DNA from: Octopus bimaculoides
Lineage: Eukaryota
Direction: 5' to 3'
Assembly (NCBI RefSeq): GCF_001194135.2
Contig: NC_068998.1
Coordinates: 40,300,976-40,364,975, forward strand
DNA: 64,000 nucleotides
Shown: piece after piece, positions 37,804 through 51,051 of the stretch
Numbering within the stretch: position 1 is the stretch's first letter
Layout: each line of letters opens with the position of its first letter
Made by a program: the position numbers and the translations under genes
The notes under the pieces: generated by a model
Told to the model about the DNA's origin: nothing
What the model saw: only the letters and a program-made list of their open reading frames with translations
The model's database searches: none

Positions 37804-39119
37804 GACATACATATGTTTGTGTATTTATATGTATATGTATAGTGTGTGTGTGTGTATGTGCTAAAATTAGGGCATTGTATTTGCAATGACATGTTTCTAT
37901 AGTAATTGGAAAGATTGAATGATGTCTCTAAGATGTGATGAAGTAAGGTTCTGGTGATGATAGGGGAAGATGCCTCAACTCTTAATGGAGTTATAGGGAG
38001 GTCATCATGACATATGTCTTGTACAACTTGGTGGAACCCATTTCTTTCCATGTTTCTTCTTGATCAAAAGCAAGTGAGAGAAACAGACAGACAGCAGACA
38101 GGCAGAGTGAATGAGTAAGAGAGAGGGAGAGATGAAACGAAGAAGAAGAATCAATCCTAGTACTTTATTTTATCGACCTTGAAAGAGTGAAAGTTAGAAT
38201 TGTCCTTGGTAGGGTTTAGACTCAGGGCACAGAAAACTGAAACAAATGATGTAAAGTATTCTTTGTGATGTTCTAACAACTCTGCCAATCAACAGGCTGT
38301 AATAATACCTGACTTGCATAATTCAGCAATGCAATCCTGGATATATAATGCATGTAGATGTATATAATGTATATAGTTGTAAGTGATGGGCAAACTGAGG
38401 TTTCAGTTGGTGGTTTAGAATAGCGGCAGCAGTAACAAAGAAGAAGAAAAAAATAGAGAGCAAAACACTGCATCTGTGTGTATTTGCTAGTAGTTGGTAG
38501 TTGAGTATTGGTGAATGTCTATTCACTAATCAAGTGGCCTTTTGGTTCGGTGGGGGATTGATGTGGTCAAATAGATTTTGTGTGTATAGCAACAGCAGCA
38601 CTGCCCTGTATATGTGCGTGAAGGTCAAAAGATACTGTACAATGTTGTTGTTCTTCTTTGACCTTGGTTAACCCTGATTGAATAGACCTGTGATCAAAAG
38701 CATTCCAGATATGACCATCATGTCTTTTAAAGGGCATTTAACACTGCATTATCCATGTCCTTCCTTTCTTTAGATACCAGAAGTGATTTAGAGGAAATTG
38801 GGCTGCTTTTTCCTGCAGGTTGAATAACTTCATGAAGGCTTTCAAGATGTGATACTATGAAATATGTGGTGGGGGGTTTCATATGCTGATATTTAAATTT
38901 TCCCTAAACTATTCTATTCATTCTAGGAAAGAATACAATTGCTTACTCAAAAAAAAATTAAGTCTGATTCTAAATGTCATTAGCATATTTTTGATAAAAT
39001 GACTGATGTTGACTTATGAAATAATTTCGTAAAAGACAGTAATTTTAGTAAATAATTATTAGGCTTAGGGTTCTGTGTAGATCCATCCATTTTCACTACC
39101 CATTATTCCTGGAAGTACA

Positions 39120-39575
39120 GTCCTTGGCCACCTCCTCCATAAGGTCCTATCTGAAGCAACTATCATTTCACTTACCTGCTGGAATCTCAGGCATGACCAG
39201 CTAAGACTATGGATATTAGCCAACCATTTCACCCATGTTCTACTCCTAGGTCTCCTGCTGGTTGGTTTGGCCTGAAGAGTCTGTCTTGTGATGCTTTTCT
39301 AACAGCATTCTAACCACATATTCATATTACTGGGACTGTGACCTCTCAATATGGAGAGGTAGTGGCTCAACCTGGAGAGAGTCCCTAATCTCCAAGCTAT
39401 ACACCCTGTCAAGTACCGTTACCCCAGAGATTCTTTGGAGGAATCCCATTTTGGCTGTTTGTATTCATGATCATATTCTTTCAGTCATTATCCAACATTC
39501 ATGACCATAGATGAGGATAGGCATGAAAACTGAATTGAAGATAACAAGATTGGCTTTTTTACCAGCTGCTCCTGG
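39120..39575 (-). mobile_element. Second RTE-type LINE 3' end (Expander/Rex3-like), decayed
   Basis: Minus translation ..RQTLQAKPTSRRPRSRTWVKWLANIHSLSWS..VASDRTLWRR. Confidence 0.7.
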
Positions 39576-39902
39576 CTTTTTCTATCAACCGTTTCTCTTC
39601 TGAGAATCAAATGTAGATGACGACCAATAATAAGTCAGGTAAAGAACTTGACAGGAATATATTGTCTTGCATCATACAGTCATGTGATAGTAGTTGGTTA
39701 GAAGAAGACAGGCAAATCATGAAGCTGGTACATGTAAAAAGCTGAACAGGATGTATCTTTTGGCAAGCAGTGATCTCATACCGCTTGGCATCCTGGGAAG
39801 GAAACAACCAATATGATGCAGAGAGAACCAAACAGGATGTATCTCCTATTTAGCAATTTCACACTGCTAAGCATGCTGGGGAGGGAACAGACAGCCAATG
39901 GG

Positions 39903-39938
<36 letters not shown>

Positions 39939-40529
39939 GTGTGTGTGAAAGAATAGGATTGATGGCTCACCCTACAGTGATGTCATACTGCAAAGAAACT
40001 ATGGGATAGTGAATTAGTTTATTTTACATTCAAATTCTCTCCATATATTCCAGAAAACAAGTTCTAGAATGTTCCGTAACTATATTGTTGCTGAGATGAT
40101 TTATCACTAGAGTGATAAAGATCGATTGAATTTTTACCACACTTTCCAAGTAATGTTTGCAATTCTAAATAGGAAAATATTTCAGTTATGACCTTTTAGC
40201 ATTGCTATGGTTTCTTACATAATTGATTGATTGATTGTTTCTGTTAACCACAAGAATAGAAGTAAAACAACTGTATAGATATGGCAGTGGTTATTTCATG
40301 AGTTCAAATTTAATGGTGGCATTTTGTTGTTGTTGTTGTTGTTGTTTTTTTAGTCCCAGGTCAGCCCTGATCCAGTGGAGCTATGTGATAAGAGGTACTA
40401 CAATCCAAACTCTTTATGGCTACATCATTCAGTGTGTCCTTATTTGTTTAAAACAATGGATGTGGATTGAGGTGTGGTGATCCTTCATTAGTTCCTTCCT
40501 TCTGTGTTGTACCCTTGATTTCTTGATTC

Positions 40530-40702
40530 AGGAGTGGTTGTGTGATAAGTAGCTTGTTTACCAACCACATGGTTCCAGGCTCAGTCCCACTGCTTGGCAC
40601 CTTGGGCAAGTGTCTTCTACTATAGCCACGGGCCGACCAAAGCCTTGTGAGTGGATTTGGTAGACGGAAGCTGAAAGAAGCCCGTCGTATATATGTATAT
40701 AT
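40530..40702 (+). mobile_element. Young family A tRNA/CORE SINE
   Basis: GGAGTGGTTGTGTGATAAG head, GGCTCAGTCCC B-box-like, CCTTGGGCAAGTGTCTT CORE-like, (TA)n tail. Confidence 0.9.
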
Positions 40703-42384
40703 NNNNNNNNNNNNNNNNNNNNNNNNNNNNNNNNNNNNNNNNNNNNNNNNNNNNNNNNNNNNNNNNNNNNNNNNNNNNNNNNNNNNNNNNNNNNNNNNNN
40801 NNNNNNNNNNNNNNNNNNNNNNNNNNNNNNNNNNNNNNNNNNNNNNNNNNNNNNNNNNNNNNNNNNNNNNNNNNNNNNNNNNNNNNNNNNNNNNNNNNNN
40901 NNNNNNNNNNNNNNNNNNNNNNNNNNNNNNNNNNNNNNNNNNNNNNNNNNNNNNNNNNNNNNNNNNNNNNNNNNNNNNNNNNNNNNNNNNNNNNNNNNNN
41001 NNNNNNNNNNNNNNNNNNNNNNNNNNNNNNNNNNNNNNNNNNNNNNNNNNNNNNNNNNNNNNNNNNNNNNNNNNNNNNNNNNNNNNNNNNNNNNNNNNNN
41101 NNNNNNNNNNNNNNNNNNNNNNNNNNNNNNNNNNNNNNNNNNNNNNNNNNNNNNNNNNNNNNNNNNNNNNNNNNNNNNNNNNNNNNNNNNNNNNNNNNNN
41201 NNNNNNNNNNNNNNNNNNNNNNNNNNNNNNNNNNNNNNNNNNNNNNNNNNNNNNNNNNNNNNNNNNNNNNNNNNNNNNNNNNNNNNNNNNNNNNNNNNNN
41301 NNNNNNNNNNNNNNNNNNNNNNNNNNNNNNNNNNNNNNNNNNNNNNNNNNNNNNNNNNNNNNNNNNNNNNNNNNNNNNNNNNNNNNNNNNNNNNNNNNNN
41401 NNNNNNNNNNNNNNNNNNNNNNNNNNNNNNNNNNNNNNNNNNNATATATATATATATATATAAACAATTGCAGTGAGGAAGGTGTTTATAAGCCATCTAA
41501 ATTTAAATGTTGAAGTGAATCTAACAGTTTTTGTGTGTTTCTTAAATGGCTTATAAACACCTTCCACACTGCAATTGTTTTCGTTCCAGCACACGATCTC
41601 ATGAGTTGAACAGACCAAGAGAAACTGACAAACCAGAGAACTGCCAAGCTCCAGTGTCTGCTTTGGTATGGCCTCTACAACTGGATACCCTTCTTAACAT
41701 CAACCACTTTACTGAGTGAATTGGGTGCTTGTTTTTGTGTGGTACTGGTGCTAGTGAAGTCATCAATTAACTCACAAGACAAGACAAGACTCCCTCAACT
41801 GAGTCTGGGAGTTGTGAAGGAGGTGACTTTATGCCAGCAGTTGAGAGGTTAAAGTATGATAGACAGACAGGAACAAGTGTCTTACAGAAGGGAAGATATA
41901 TGGCATCCCAAGCAGGAAAGAGAGACTATATATGTGTGTATGTTTAATGCTATGTGAGATTGTTACTTTGTAATTGTTGATATGTGTGTGTTTAATGTTG
42001 TGTTTGGTGTTATGTGAGCTTTTAGTGTTATTGTGTGATTTGGTACTGTATGTGTATATGTGTGTTTGGTGTTATGTGCATTTTAATGTTAAGTGTGCTT
42101 GTGTGTTTATTTAGAAAGTGAGTATGTCATTAATGTGGCTATTTCTGCAAAATTTCTTGGTTTTTCTAATGATTTTTGTTAATTGAATAAAGCTGTATGG
42201 TTTTGTATCATATTGTGTTACTATTTATAGTTGGATGTCCTACTGTTTCTGGAGACAAGTATCTAATCCAACTGTAGAAGCGTTATATATCATCTTTTCT
42301 TGTGTAACTCCACCAGCTCTAATTGTCCTGGGACCATATAAATGTGGTATACTGCGCTGATTTTTGGTTGGTACAATACAAATT

Positions 42385-42545
42385 CTGCGTGGTAAGAAGC
42401 TTGCTTCCCAACCAGATATTTCCGGGTTCAATCCGAATGCATAGCACCTTGGGGAAGTATCTTCTACTATAGCCTCAAACCAACCAAAGCCTTGTGAGTA
42501 GATTTGGTAGACAGAAACTGAAAGAAGCCCATCGTATATATATCT
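42385..42545 (+). mobile_element. Family A SINE
   Basis: Same structure as 40530; further copies at 12085-12238 (-), 24205-24345 (-), 26003-26130 (+) and 56322-56425 (+). Confidence 0.85.
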
Positions 42546-42597
42546 ACTAACAGATGTAAGAGTGCATTTTTTCCCTGACTTATGGGCTCTTAAACAG

Positions 42598-42633
<36 letters not shown>

Positions 42634-42637
<4 letters not shown>

Positions 42638-42767
42638 GTTGAAGAAAAAGTTTGTGCACCATGTTAAAATAATGCTTTTTATATATATATTTGTTGTGTG
42701 TGTGTTCATTCAGTTCATGTCGTGTTCAATGGTGACTCATGGCACACAAACTTTTTCTTCAACCTAG
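42634..42767. mobile_element. 134-bp mariner-type MITE
   Basis: TIR (T/C)TAGGTTGAAGAAAAAGTTTGTG, 23 bp with 1 mismatch; TA on both sides (42632-33, 42768-69); TTAGGTTG start is typical of mariner TIRs. Confidence 0.9.
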
Positions 42768-42773
42768 TATATA

Positions 42774-42823
<50 letters not shown>

Positions 42824-43180
42824 ATTATGAAATTTCAGTATTTAAATAACAAAGGTACCAAAGTAGAGTAGGGGATAGTGCACCAACAATGTGTACAGAC
42901 ATACACATACTTACTGAAGTAAATATGGATTTGTCCCTGCAGTTATGCATTGACTTACAAGCTTTGACCAAAATACACAATATGTACGCAAAGTCACACA
43001 AGAGTACACTCTGGTGCATATTCCACCGTCATCTATAAGCTCAAGATCCAACTCAGGCAAGGTTCCAGATGTGGTGGAGTATAAACAATAACACAAATGG
43101 GTTACAGAGCATCAAGCAGCAGTCATGATGTCAGCATTTTGATAGTGCAAATCATCATGATACAGCTTACTCTTTTCCAG

Positions 43181-43288
43181 TATTCATTTGACTTCCAGTC
43201 CTCCATGTCAGCTGACTTTTTCTTAGCTACAACTTTAACCGTTATGCTCTTCGATGCCATTGACCGTTCACTAACACATCATAATGTT
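43181..43288 (+). CDS. Candidate 108-nt phase 0-0 exon (YSFDFQSSMSADFFLATTLTVMLFDAIDRSLTHHNV)
   Basis: Acceptor CTTACTCTTTTCCAG, donor GTATGA; an antisense candidate 43171-43270 is equally plausible. Confidence 0.25.
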
Positions 43289-43593
43289 GTATGAAAAAAG
43301 GAGACATAAAAAATCAGCAAATTTAGCTCAAACAGTCTCTGTCTATGTGTTTGGTGGGGAGGTTAGAAAGGAGAGACTGTGTTCATTGCCTCTGCATGTT
43401 TCCTAACATTGATAAGATTGATTTTGGTTGTTCAGCTTAAACAGTTGCAAATTGAAGACTACAAGTAAAATGCAGTCAGGAGGGGAATTCCAGGGGATTA
43501 GTATTATGAAAAAAAATGTGGTTGGACATATTGGTTAAGTGCAGACTCTCATTTCTTTTTTCTGGATTTCATGTAACTTCCAGTCAATCACAT

Positions 43594-43827
43594 TGAACTG
43601 TTTTGATAGCCAACCCACTTGAGACTACCCCCTACTCATATGATACAAACTTCCTGTTTTAAAGTAATCTAAATTAAAACTTCCTTTTAGAATTTCACGT
43701 TAATTTATGTTTGAAACATCAGATTAATAATGGCGAAGGTATTTTAATTTTTTTCTTCATTATTTTCAAAATTAATTGAAAGAAAAACGGTGTGTTTTCA
43801 ACAGAAATATGGTAACAAAAGGGTTAA
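43594..43827. mobile_element. TTAA-type (piggyBac-like) non-autonomous element
   Basis: Right end ACAGAAATATGGTAACAAAAGGG-TTAA, left end decayed; same family at 58024-58475. Confidence 0.65.
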
Positions 43828-44228
43828 GTTGTGGTTTGTGGTTTATTAAAGAGACTACTACAGTGTGGATAGCTCCTGTCCTTATCTTGAATTGAACTCG
43901 CTCTATAAGATTATCTCACTCCGTCAGATTATTTCCTTTTGGATTAATTCTTCCATTTCAGTGAGACATATTTGTTTGTGTTCTTTGATTTTGAAACATT
44001 TTATGACGATGTTGGTGGTGGCTGTATCGGCAGCAGCGGCAGTGGCAGTGGCGGTGGTCGGTGGTGGTGGTCATCATCATAGCAGCGGTATTGTCATTAA
44101 AAACCACCATGGTGGTGGTGCTTGTTGTTGTGGCCGTCGTCATCATGGTCATGGTGGTTGTGGTCATGGTGGCAGCAGTGGGAGTGGTGAGAGTTAAGCA
44201 GCAGCAAGTAGCAATGGCAGCAGTTATT

Positions 44229-44278
<50 letters not shown>

Positions 44279-44910
44279 TGTAGTAGTAGTAGTCACATTA
44301 TTATGAACTCGCAGACAGTTAAGCATTGACTAGTTGAAGTTAATAACTTTAAAACAAAAGCCATCTATATTCATTGGTTCCCAGAAAATTTGATTTGTCG
44401 TCTTTGATATATCGAATTTATTTTGGGAATGTATGCTCTTTATGGAAATCATTTCAACATCAATCCACAATCTTGCTATCGCTCTCTTCCCATCCACCAA
44501 TACTTGAAAGCCATTGCAGTTTTCTTTCAGTTGAATATGTAATCATTTTGTGATTGCTCTAAAGAAATTTGAATCTATGCTTTCATATCAGCACCAGGGT
44601 CCTTTATTTAATTTTTTTTTTCTCTCTGGCTGCTAGTTCAATTGTGTCTTAAAGGGGTGGTGAAGGTTTTTACCATAGATAAGAAAGAACCTGTGTTCTG
44701 TGGTAAATCATTGATAACTGGAAATATCGGCATCTTCGACAAACTGCTAGGATTCAGTTTAAAATCAAATCATCAGATCTCATGAAATACATTTTAAAAC
44801 TCTCTAATGGTTAATTAAATGCTGTGAAAATATCAAATTAGGCTAGTTCAAACACCACGAAGAAGAGTGCATTGGGTAACAAATACTGAAATAAAAGGTA
44901 TGTATGAGAA

Positions 44911-44943
<33 letters not shown>

Positions 44944-45230
44944 AGGAAAGAGAGAGAGGTTATTGGACCATTACATATCTAATAACATCTCAATTGAGAT
45001 AAAGAGGATGAATTTAAGAGTCTATTTACATATATAGATATACTTACATGTGTTTATGTATACATGTGCATGTACACAAGTGTGTGTATATTGTGTGTGT
45101 GCATGAATTAAATTCATACACTTATCTTGCAAATGTGCATTTCAGTGTTTTCATTTTAATAAAATCATAAACATACATATCATATATTTGTGTGTGTGTG
45201 TTTGTAAGGGGAGGGTATTCACAATCATGC

Positions 45231-45275
<45 letters not shown>

Positions 45276-46722
45276 TGTGTGTGTGTAATATATATATATA
45301 TATATATATATGATGATCCAAAAATCTGATTCTATAGGCAATTTACCATATGTATATTCTTTTGATCCAATAATTATAGTTTGGAACAAGGATATTTGGT
45401 GAAATATTAAGTGCAAATACTTTTGACTGTTATGTAATAGGAGCAACATATATCCATGTGTTAACTATCCTTTCTTATACCTAAATAAATATCAATATGA
45501 AATGTGTATTTAACAAGACAATGTTCCACCAGATTTGTGCTACCCTGCAGCAAACCATGAGTTTTAGTTCCTTCTTCAGTCCTCCTTGCCATTTGCACCA
45601 GTGTCAAAGGCCCTGAGAGAGGTCATATTGCAATCCTTCCTCCTAACAAAATCATGGAAAAAGAGAAGAATTTTTAATTATCCTGAAGCAATATGAACTT
45701 CGTTTTAATGTGGGTTGTCGGCAAAGTTCTAGGTTTCTTGATGGTACTTGATGCTATGAAGAGTTTACCTACAGGAACATCATATGGTTAATTTAAGACC
45801 ATCCAATTTACCAAACTGGACAAGTTCATATTTTCATTGGTTCAGCATCATATTATTTTCCTTGGTCCATTGAACATTAACATCTGATTATTTTAATTTT
45901 TAATTTTCTAGACCAACTAATGTACATTATTATATATTAATGATGCTTTTATCACTATTTCAACAAATACAATTAATGTCTGGAGTTAACTCCCATACTT
46001 GCTGGCATGATGCAAACAATATTAGTTTATTACTAATGTTGTTTACTAATGCTGCCTGGTACCTTAGTCAAGGGTCTTCTTCAATAACCGCAGGTGAATC
46101 AAGGTCTTGTGCATAGGCTTGATAGATGAAAACTGAAAATAAGCCCCTTTCTCTGTGTGTGTGTGTGTGTGGTGTGTTCTTGTCTTGACATCATGAACAG
46201 TTGTAAATGTGTGTCACTATCGTACAAATGTTGTTTGCAATCTTCAATGAGATCATGTCTGGTCATATGCTGTCATTGGAAAGACTAGGGGAAATTTTAC
46301 CATACTTGGTAACGAGTACAGACTGGCCATAGAAAATCTGCCTCAACAATTTTTAGACTGATCCATGCCAGAATAGAAAAGTGGACATTAAAACAACAAT
46401 GATGACAATGACAACGACAACAACTTTCCTATACCACATAAATATTTCCAATTAGAGTTCTTAATGCTATATGCATTAAATATGCTGACACTAATTTAAC
46501 ATAGAGATGAGATTCCAGCTTAATAATGCTTACTGCACTGTTGATGTCTTTCTGAGGCTTAGAATCATTTATGAATGAAAAAAAAACACTATTGATTTTG
46601 CACTGCTCGGTCATATTTTAGGTTGTTGTTTAACCCTGCTCAATTCTGATCCAGCAGACCTATCTTCAAAGACATTCCAGGTGTGATGTTCTCCACCTGT
46701 TTTTCTTTTTTTCAGGTATATA

Positions 46723-46762
<40 letters not shown>

Positions 46763-46901
46763 AAATGTTTGAAAAATGGATACATTTAGTATTGACTATC
46801 GGGGAAAAAAAGAGTTATGACTTGCTTGAGTAGCAAAAGACTGACTCAACCAAAATAATATATGTGTATGTATGTATGTGTATATATATATATATCATCA
46901 T

Positions 46902-47092
46902 CATCATCGTTTAACGTCCGCTTTCCATGCTAGCATGGGTTGGACGATTTGACTGAGGACTGGTGAAACCGGATGGCAACACCAGGCTCCAATCTAATCT
47001 GGCAGAGTTTCTACAGCTGGATGCCCTTCCTAACGCCAGTGTAGTGGGTGCTTTTACGTGTCACCCGCATGAAGGCCAGTCAGGCGGTACTG
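46902..47092 (-). mobile_element. Young family D retroposon (RTE-type (GAT)n tail, Nin/Deu-like GTGRCACGTAAAAGCACCC)
   Basis: CpG-rich, nearly identical to 54260 and 60678; runs into an N-gap. Confidence 0.9.
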
Positions 47093-47579
47093 NNNNNNNN
47101 NNNNNNNNNNNNNNNNNNNNNNNNNNNNNNNNNNNNNNNNNNNNNNNNNNNNNNNNNNNNNNNNNNNNNNNNNNNNNNNNNNNNNNNNNNNNNNNNNNNN
47201 NNNNNNNNNNNNNNNNNNNNNNNNNNNNNNNNNNNNNNNNNNNNNNNNNNNNNNNNNNNNNNNNNNNNNNNNNNNNNNNNNNNNNNNNNNNNNNNNNNNN
47301 NNNNNNNNNNNNNNNNNNNNNNNNNNNATATATATATATATATATATACACATACATGGATTTTGATATTCCCTAATATTATAATATATATACATATATA
47401 CATACCCATACACACACACATGCAAATATATATATTGACCTACTCACCTAGCCAGCAGGATGGTGTCATTCAAAATCTAGAACAGTGCAAAGCACATTAC
47501 AACCAGCAGTGTATATAACATCCAACAGTCTTGTCAATACTGTGATACTATGATATGTATGTATGTATGTATGTATATA

Positions 47580-48035
47580 TCTCATCATCAGCATCATCAT
47601 TTTTATATCCTTTTTTTTTTTGCTTGCATGGGCTGCATTTCTTTGTCATTTCCTTTATCATGTTCAGTTTCTCAAGATCAGTTTTCATCACTTCTTTTCC
47701 ATGCCTCCCTCTTCTGCGGGTTCCTTCCACTTGGATTGTTTGGTGCCTCTTTACCCAACTGTCATCCTTCATATGCATCGCACGTCCATCCTGGTTCAGT
47801 CATCTCTCTTGCACACTACATCTGATTCCACTTTATACCCAGTCTTTCTCTCAGCTCATTTGTGCTTTGTCGTTCATGCACACTAAACATTGCTCGTCCA
47901 GCAGAGCATGCTCACCTCTTTTCTTTCTAGCCTTTACACATCCCCCTACATCTCATGCCCATGTTTTGCAACCATGCATCATCGCACATCACACAATCTT
48001 CTCTTCTATTCGGGAGAATCCCTTTCTTGCCAGCA
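47580..48035 (-). mobile_element. RTE LINE 3' end, decayed
   Basis: ORF 47548-47778 MHMKDDSWVK..VEGTRRRGR..KTDL is the RTE C-terminal RGRP region; ends CCCATGCAAGC..ATGATGATG. Confidence 0.85.
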
Positions 48036-48439
48036 GATGTTATAACATGTGTGGTTTGTGTGTATCTATGTGTGTGTGTTTGTGTATGTATGTATGCACA
48101 TATATTTATGTACATATACATATATTAATATATACACACATGCACATACACATACACATATGCATATACATATATATTTATGTGTGTATTTGTGTGCATG
48201 TATGTATATATGCGTGTGTGTATCTATGTATGTGTGTATATGTATGTATGTATGCACATATTTTTATGTACATATACATATATGTGTATATATACACACA
48301 TGCACACACATACGCACACATATATATATATACATACATATATATGTATGTGTGTATTTGTATGTATGTATGTATATATGTGTGTGTGTGTGTGTATCTA
48401 TGTGTATATGTATGTATGTACGCACATATATATTTATGT

Positions 48440-48476
<37 letters not shown>

Positions 48477-49050
48477 CTCACATGCACACTTACATATATA
48501 TGTATATGTGCATGTATGTATATGTCTGTGCGTGCGTGCATGCATGTGGTGACGGTGATCAAGTTGTTTGATGTCTATTGAACATGCTATATGACATCAG
48601 TGGTGTAAAAGCATCAGTTAGAATCTGTATTACGTTCATTAATATTCCTTCCTTTCAAATCTTGCAAACTAAACTCAACGTTCTTGAATTTCCTTCTTCC
48701 TCTCTGTCAAATAAGGATTAACCCTGATAGAAATGGAAAAGAAGAGAAACACACAAACACACGGCAACAACAAAAATAATAACTATAATGATAGGGTTTT
48801 TTGGTGTTGTTTTATTTTGTTTATTTTTTTTAGTAATAATTAACTTTGCCAAAGATTATTGACTGCAGTAGAAAAGTAAAAAGAAAAAAAAATTAATGAT
48901 TTCTTAACCAGCAACAACAACTATTGTAGATGATAATAATAATAATGATGATGTAGATGATGATGATGATAATGATACAACAAACAGAAAATCACAAAGA
49001 TTATTATAAACCATATCCTTCTGCTCAGACGTTGTTCTGTGTTGTTTTTG

Positions 49051-49081
<31 letters not shown>

Positions 49082-49382
49082 GTTTTTTTTTATATATTGC
49101 AATAACTAAATTCCGCTGTGACTGGGAAGATTAATAATATCGCAGTAATTCAGAAGTGATTGAAGGAGACGAATGAGTAGAAGAAAAAGTGGTGGCAGGA
49201 ATAGGAGATGAGATGGCAGATGAAGGAGATGAGGAATGAAGAATAACAACATTGGCATCAATAATGATAAAAGGACAAAGAAAAATAATACAAAAATTGA
49301 AGGAAGTGGGTGATATTATTTTTTTTTTAAATAAAGAATAACAATAATTATAATAATTGCTAAAGCAGTATCTAAAGATAGC

Positions 49383-49419
<37 letters not shown>

Positions 49420-49424
49420 TAATG

Positions 49425-49524
49425 GTTTCAACCTCAGTGGAATTTGAACTCAGTACATAAAAGACAGATGAAATACTGTTAAGCATTTTGCCTGGCATAC
49501 TAACGATTCTGCCAGCTCGTCGCC

Positions 49525-49556
<32 letters not shown>

Positions 49557-49988
49557 CCTTTCTATTATAGGCACAAGGCCTGAAATTTTGGGGGAGGAGT
49601 TAAGTTGATTAAATTGATGCCAGTACTCCACTGGTACTTAATTTATCAACCCTGAAAGGATGAAAGACAAAATTGACCTTGGCGGAATTTGAACTCAGAA
49701 CGTAGTGACAGACAAAATACCACTAAGCATTTCACCCGGCGTGTTAACGATTCTTATTTCTTTATTGCCCTCAAGGGGCTAAACATAGAGGGAACAAACA
49801 AGGGCAGACAAAGGGATTAAGTCAATTACATCGACCCCAGTGCATAACTGGTACTTAATTTATCGGCCCCGAAAGGATGAAGGGGAAAGTCGACCTCGGC
49901 GGAATTTGAACTCAGAACGTAACAGCAGACAAAATACCGCTAAGCATTTCGCCCGGCATGCTAACGATTCTGCCAGCTCACCACCTTA
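49425..49988 (-). mobile_element. Stack of three family C SINEs separated by (TAA)n
   Basis: 49425-49530 head only, 49556-49750, and young 49752-49988 with intact CpGs; another decayed copy at about 50020-50270. Confidence 0.9.
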
Positions 49989-50429
49989 ATAATAATAATG
50001 ATAATAATGGTTTCTAATTTAAGCACAAGGTCAGCAATTTTGAGGAGAGATGATTAATCATAGACTTGTACTTTATTTAATCAGCCCTGAAAGGTTGAAA
50101 GGCAATAATAATAGTAATAATAAAGGGCTGAAAGCCATCAACCCCAGTTCTTGGCTGATACTTTATTTCATTGACTCCTGAAAGTTGGCATTGGCAGGAT
50201 TTCAATGTAAAGGGATATAAGTGAATACTACAAAGAAATCTCTCCAGCTCATTAATGATTCTGGAATCCACTGCCTAGATAACGATTTCTTTTATTTATC
50301 ACAGGAGCTCAAAATGTTAGGGGCAATATGGAGGATGAAATACAAGAAAAAAGGATTTACATCAAATAAAAAAGATAAATGATCAATAACAATAAAATAA
50401 GGGCAAGAAAGTGTCCACAAAATGGTAAG

Positions 50430-50905
50430 GCAACCACATATATTTTGGATACCCCATATAAAACCCCTGGTTATCCTGATACACCTAAGGCAAATGCCTT
50501 CTCCTAGTGCTTGCTTCCAGCCTACAACTCCACAGAGTGAGTCCATTAAACCATCCTCATTTCACAATTTATACCCATCTTTTATGGAATTTACTTGAAA
50601 GTATCACATCTCTCACTACCGTCACCTTATCAGGTATTACTTGAAGAAGTTGACAAGGGCTTGACCTGAAAGGGAAAAGTTCTGGCTTCAAACCTTTCAA
50701 TTTCCTTCACTGTAGCCACTATACAGGAGAAGTCTACCTACTCTTCTGTGGGTTGATTTTCACTATAGACCTAGCTAATACCAGATTCATGCTACACATG
50801 ATAATAGCTGTTGGACATAAACCCCAAATCAGCAATGTACAGATACTGAACAAGTGTGTATTAGGTACTATTGTCACACTTTGGGCATCTCCTGCAGAAA
50901 AAAAA
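50430..50905 (-). mobile_element. Tx1/L1-like LINE ORF2 C-terminus, decayed
   Basis: Minus translation RCPKCDNS..TLVQ (CCHC remnant), CIVATVKE, SGQALVNFFK, RDVILSSKFHKRWV with stops and frameshifts; family call from recalled consensus. Confidence 0.6.
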
Positions 50906-51051
50906 ACAAAACAATAAACAAAAAAGAAACGCTTATCAAACTGTCTGCATTGATGTCTAGAATTGTTCACAGACCATAAAGTTGGGAAAAAGGAACAGAT
51001 GATTATATTGTTCCATCCCCTCAGTGTACTTAACTGCTATTTTATTTTAAC

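Noticed and set aside
40530-40610. tRNA genes at SINE heads
   Set aside because: A/B-box-like motifs run directly into CORE or Meta-like bodies, occur in many copies and do not form a full cloverleaf.
43090-43190. TGA read-through (selenocysteine) joining ILEKSKLYHDDLHYQNADIMTAA to the 61-aa minus ORF
   Set aside because: Further TAA and TGA stops occur upstream in the same frame; no SECIS or known selenoprotein motif seen.
50730-50935. Strong minus-strand acceptor at 50895 with an open frame
   Set aside because: The pyrimidine tract is an A-rich low-complexity run and the downstream sequence is Tx1-like LINE.
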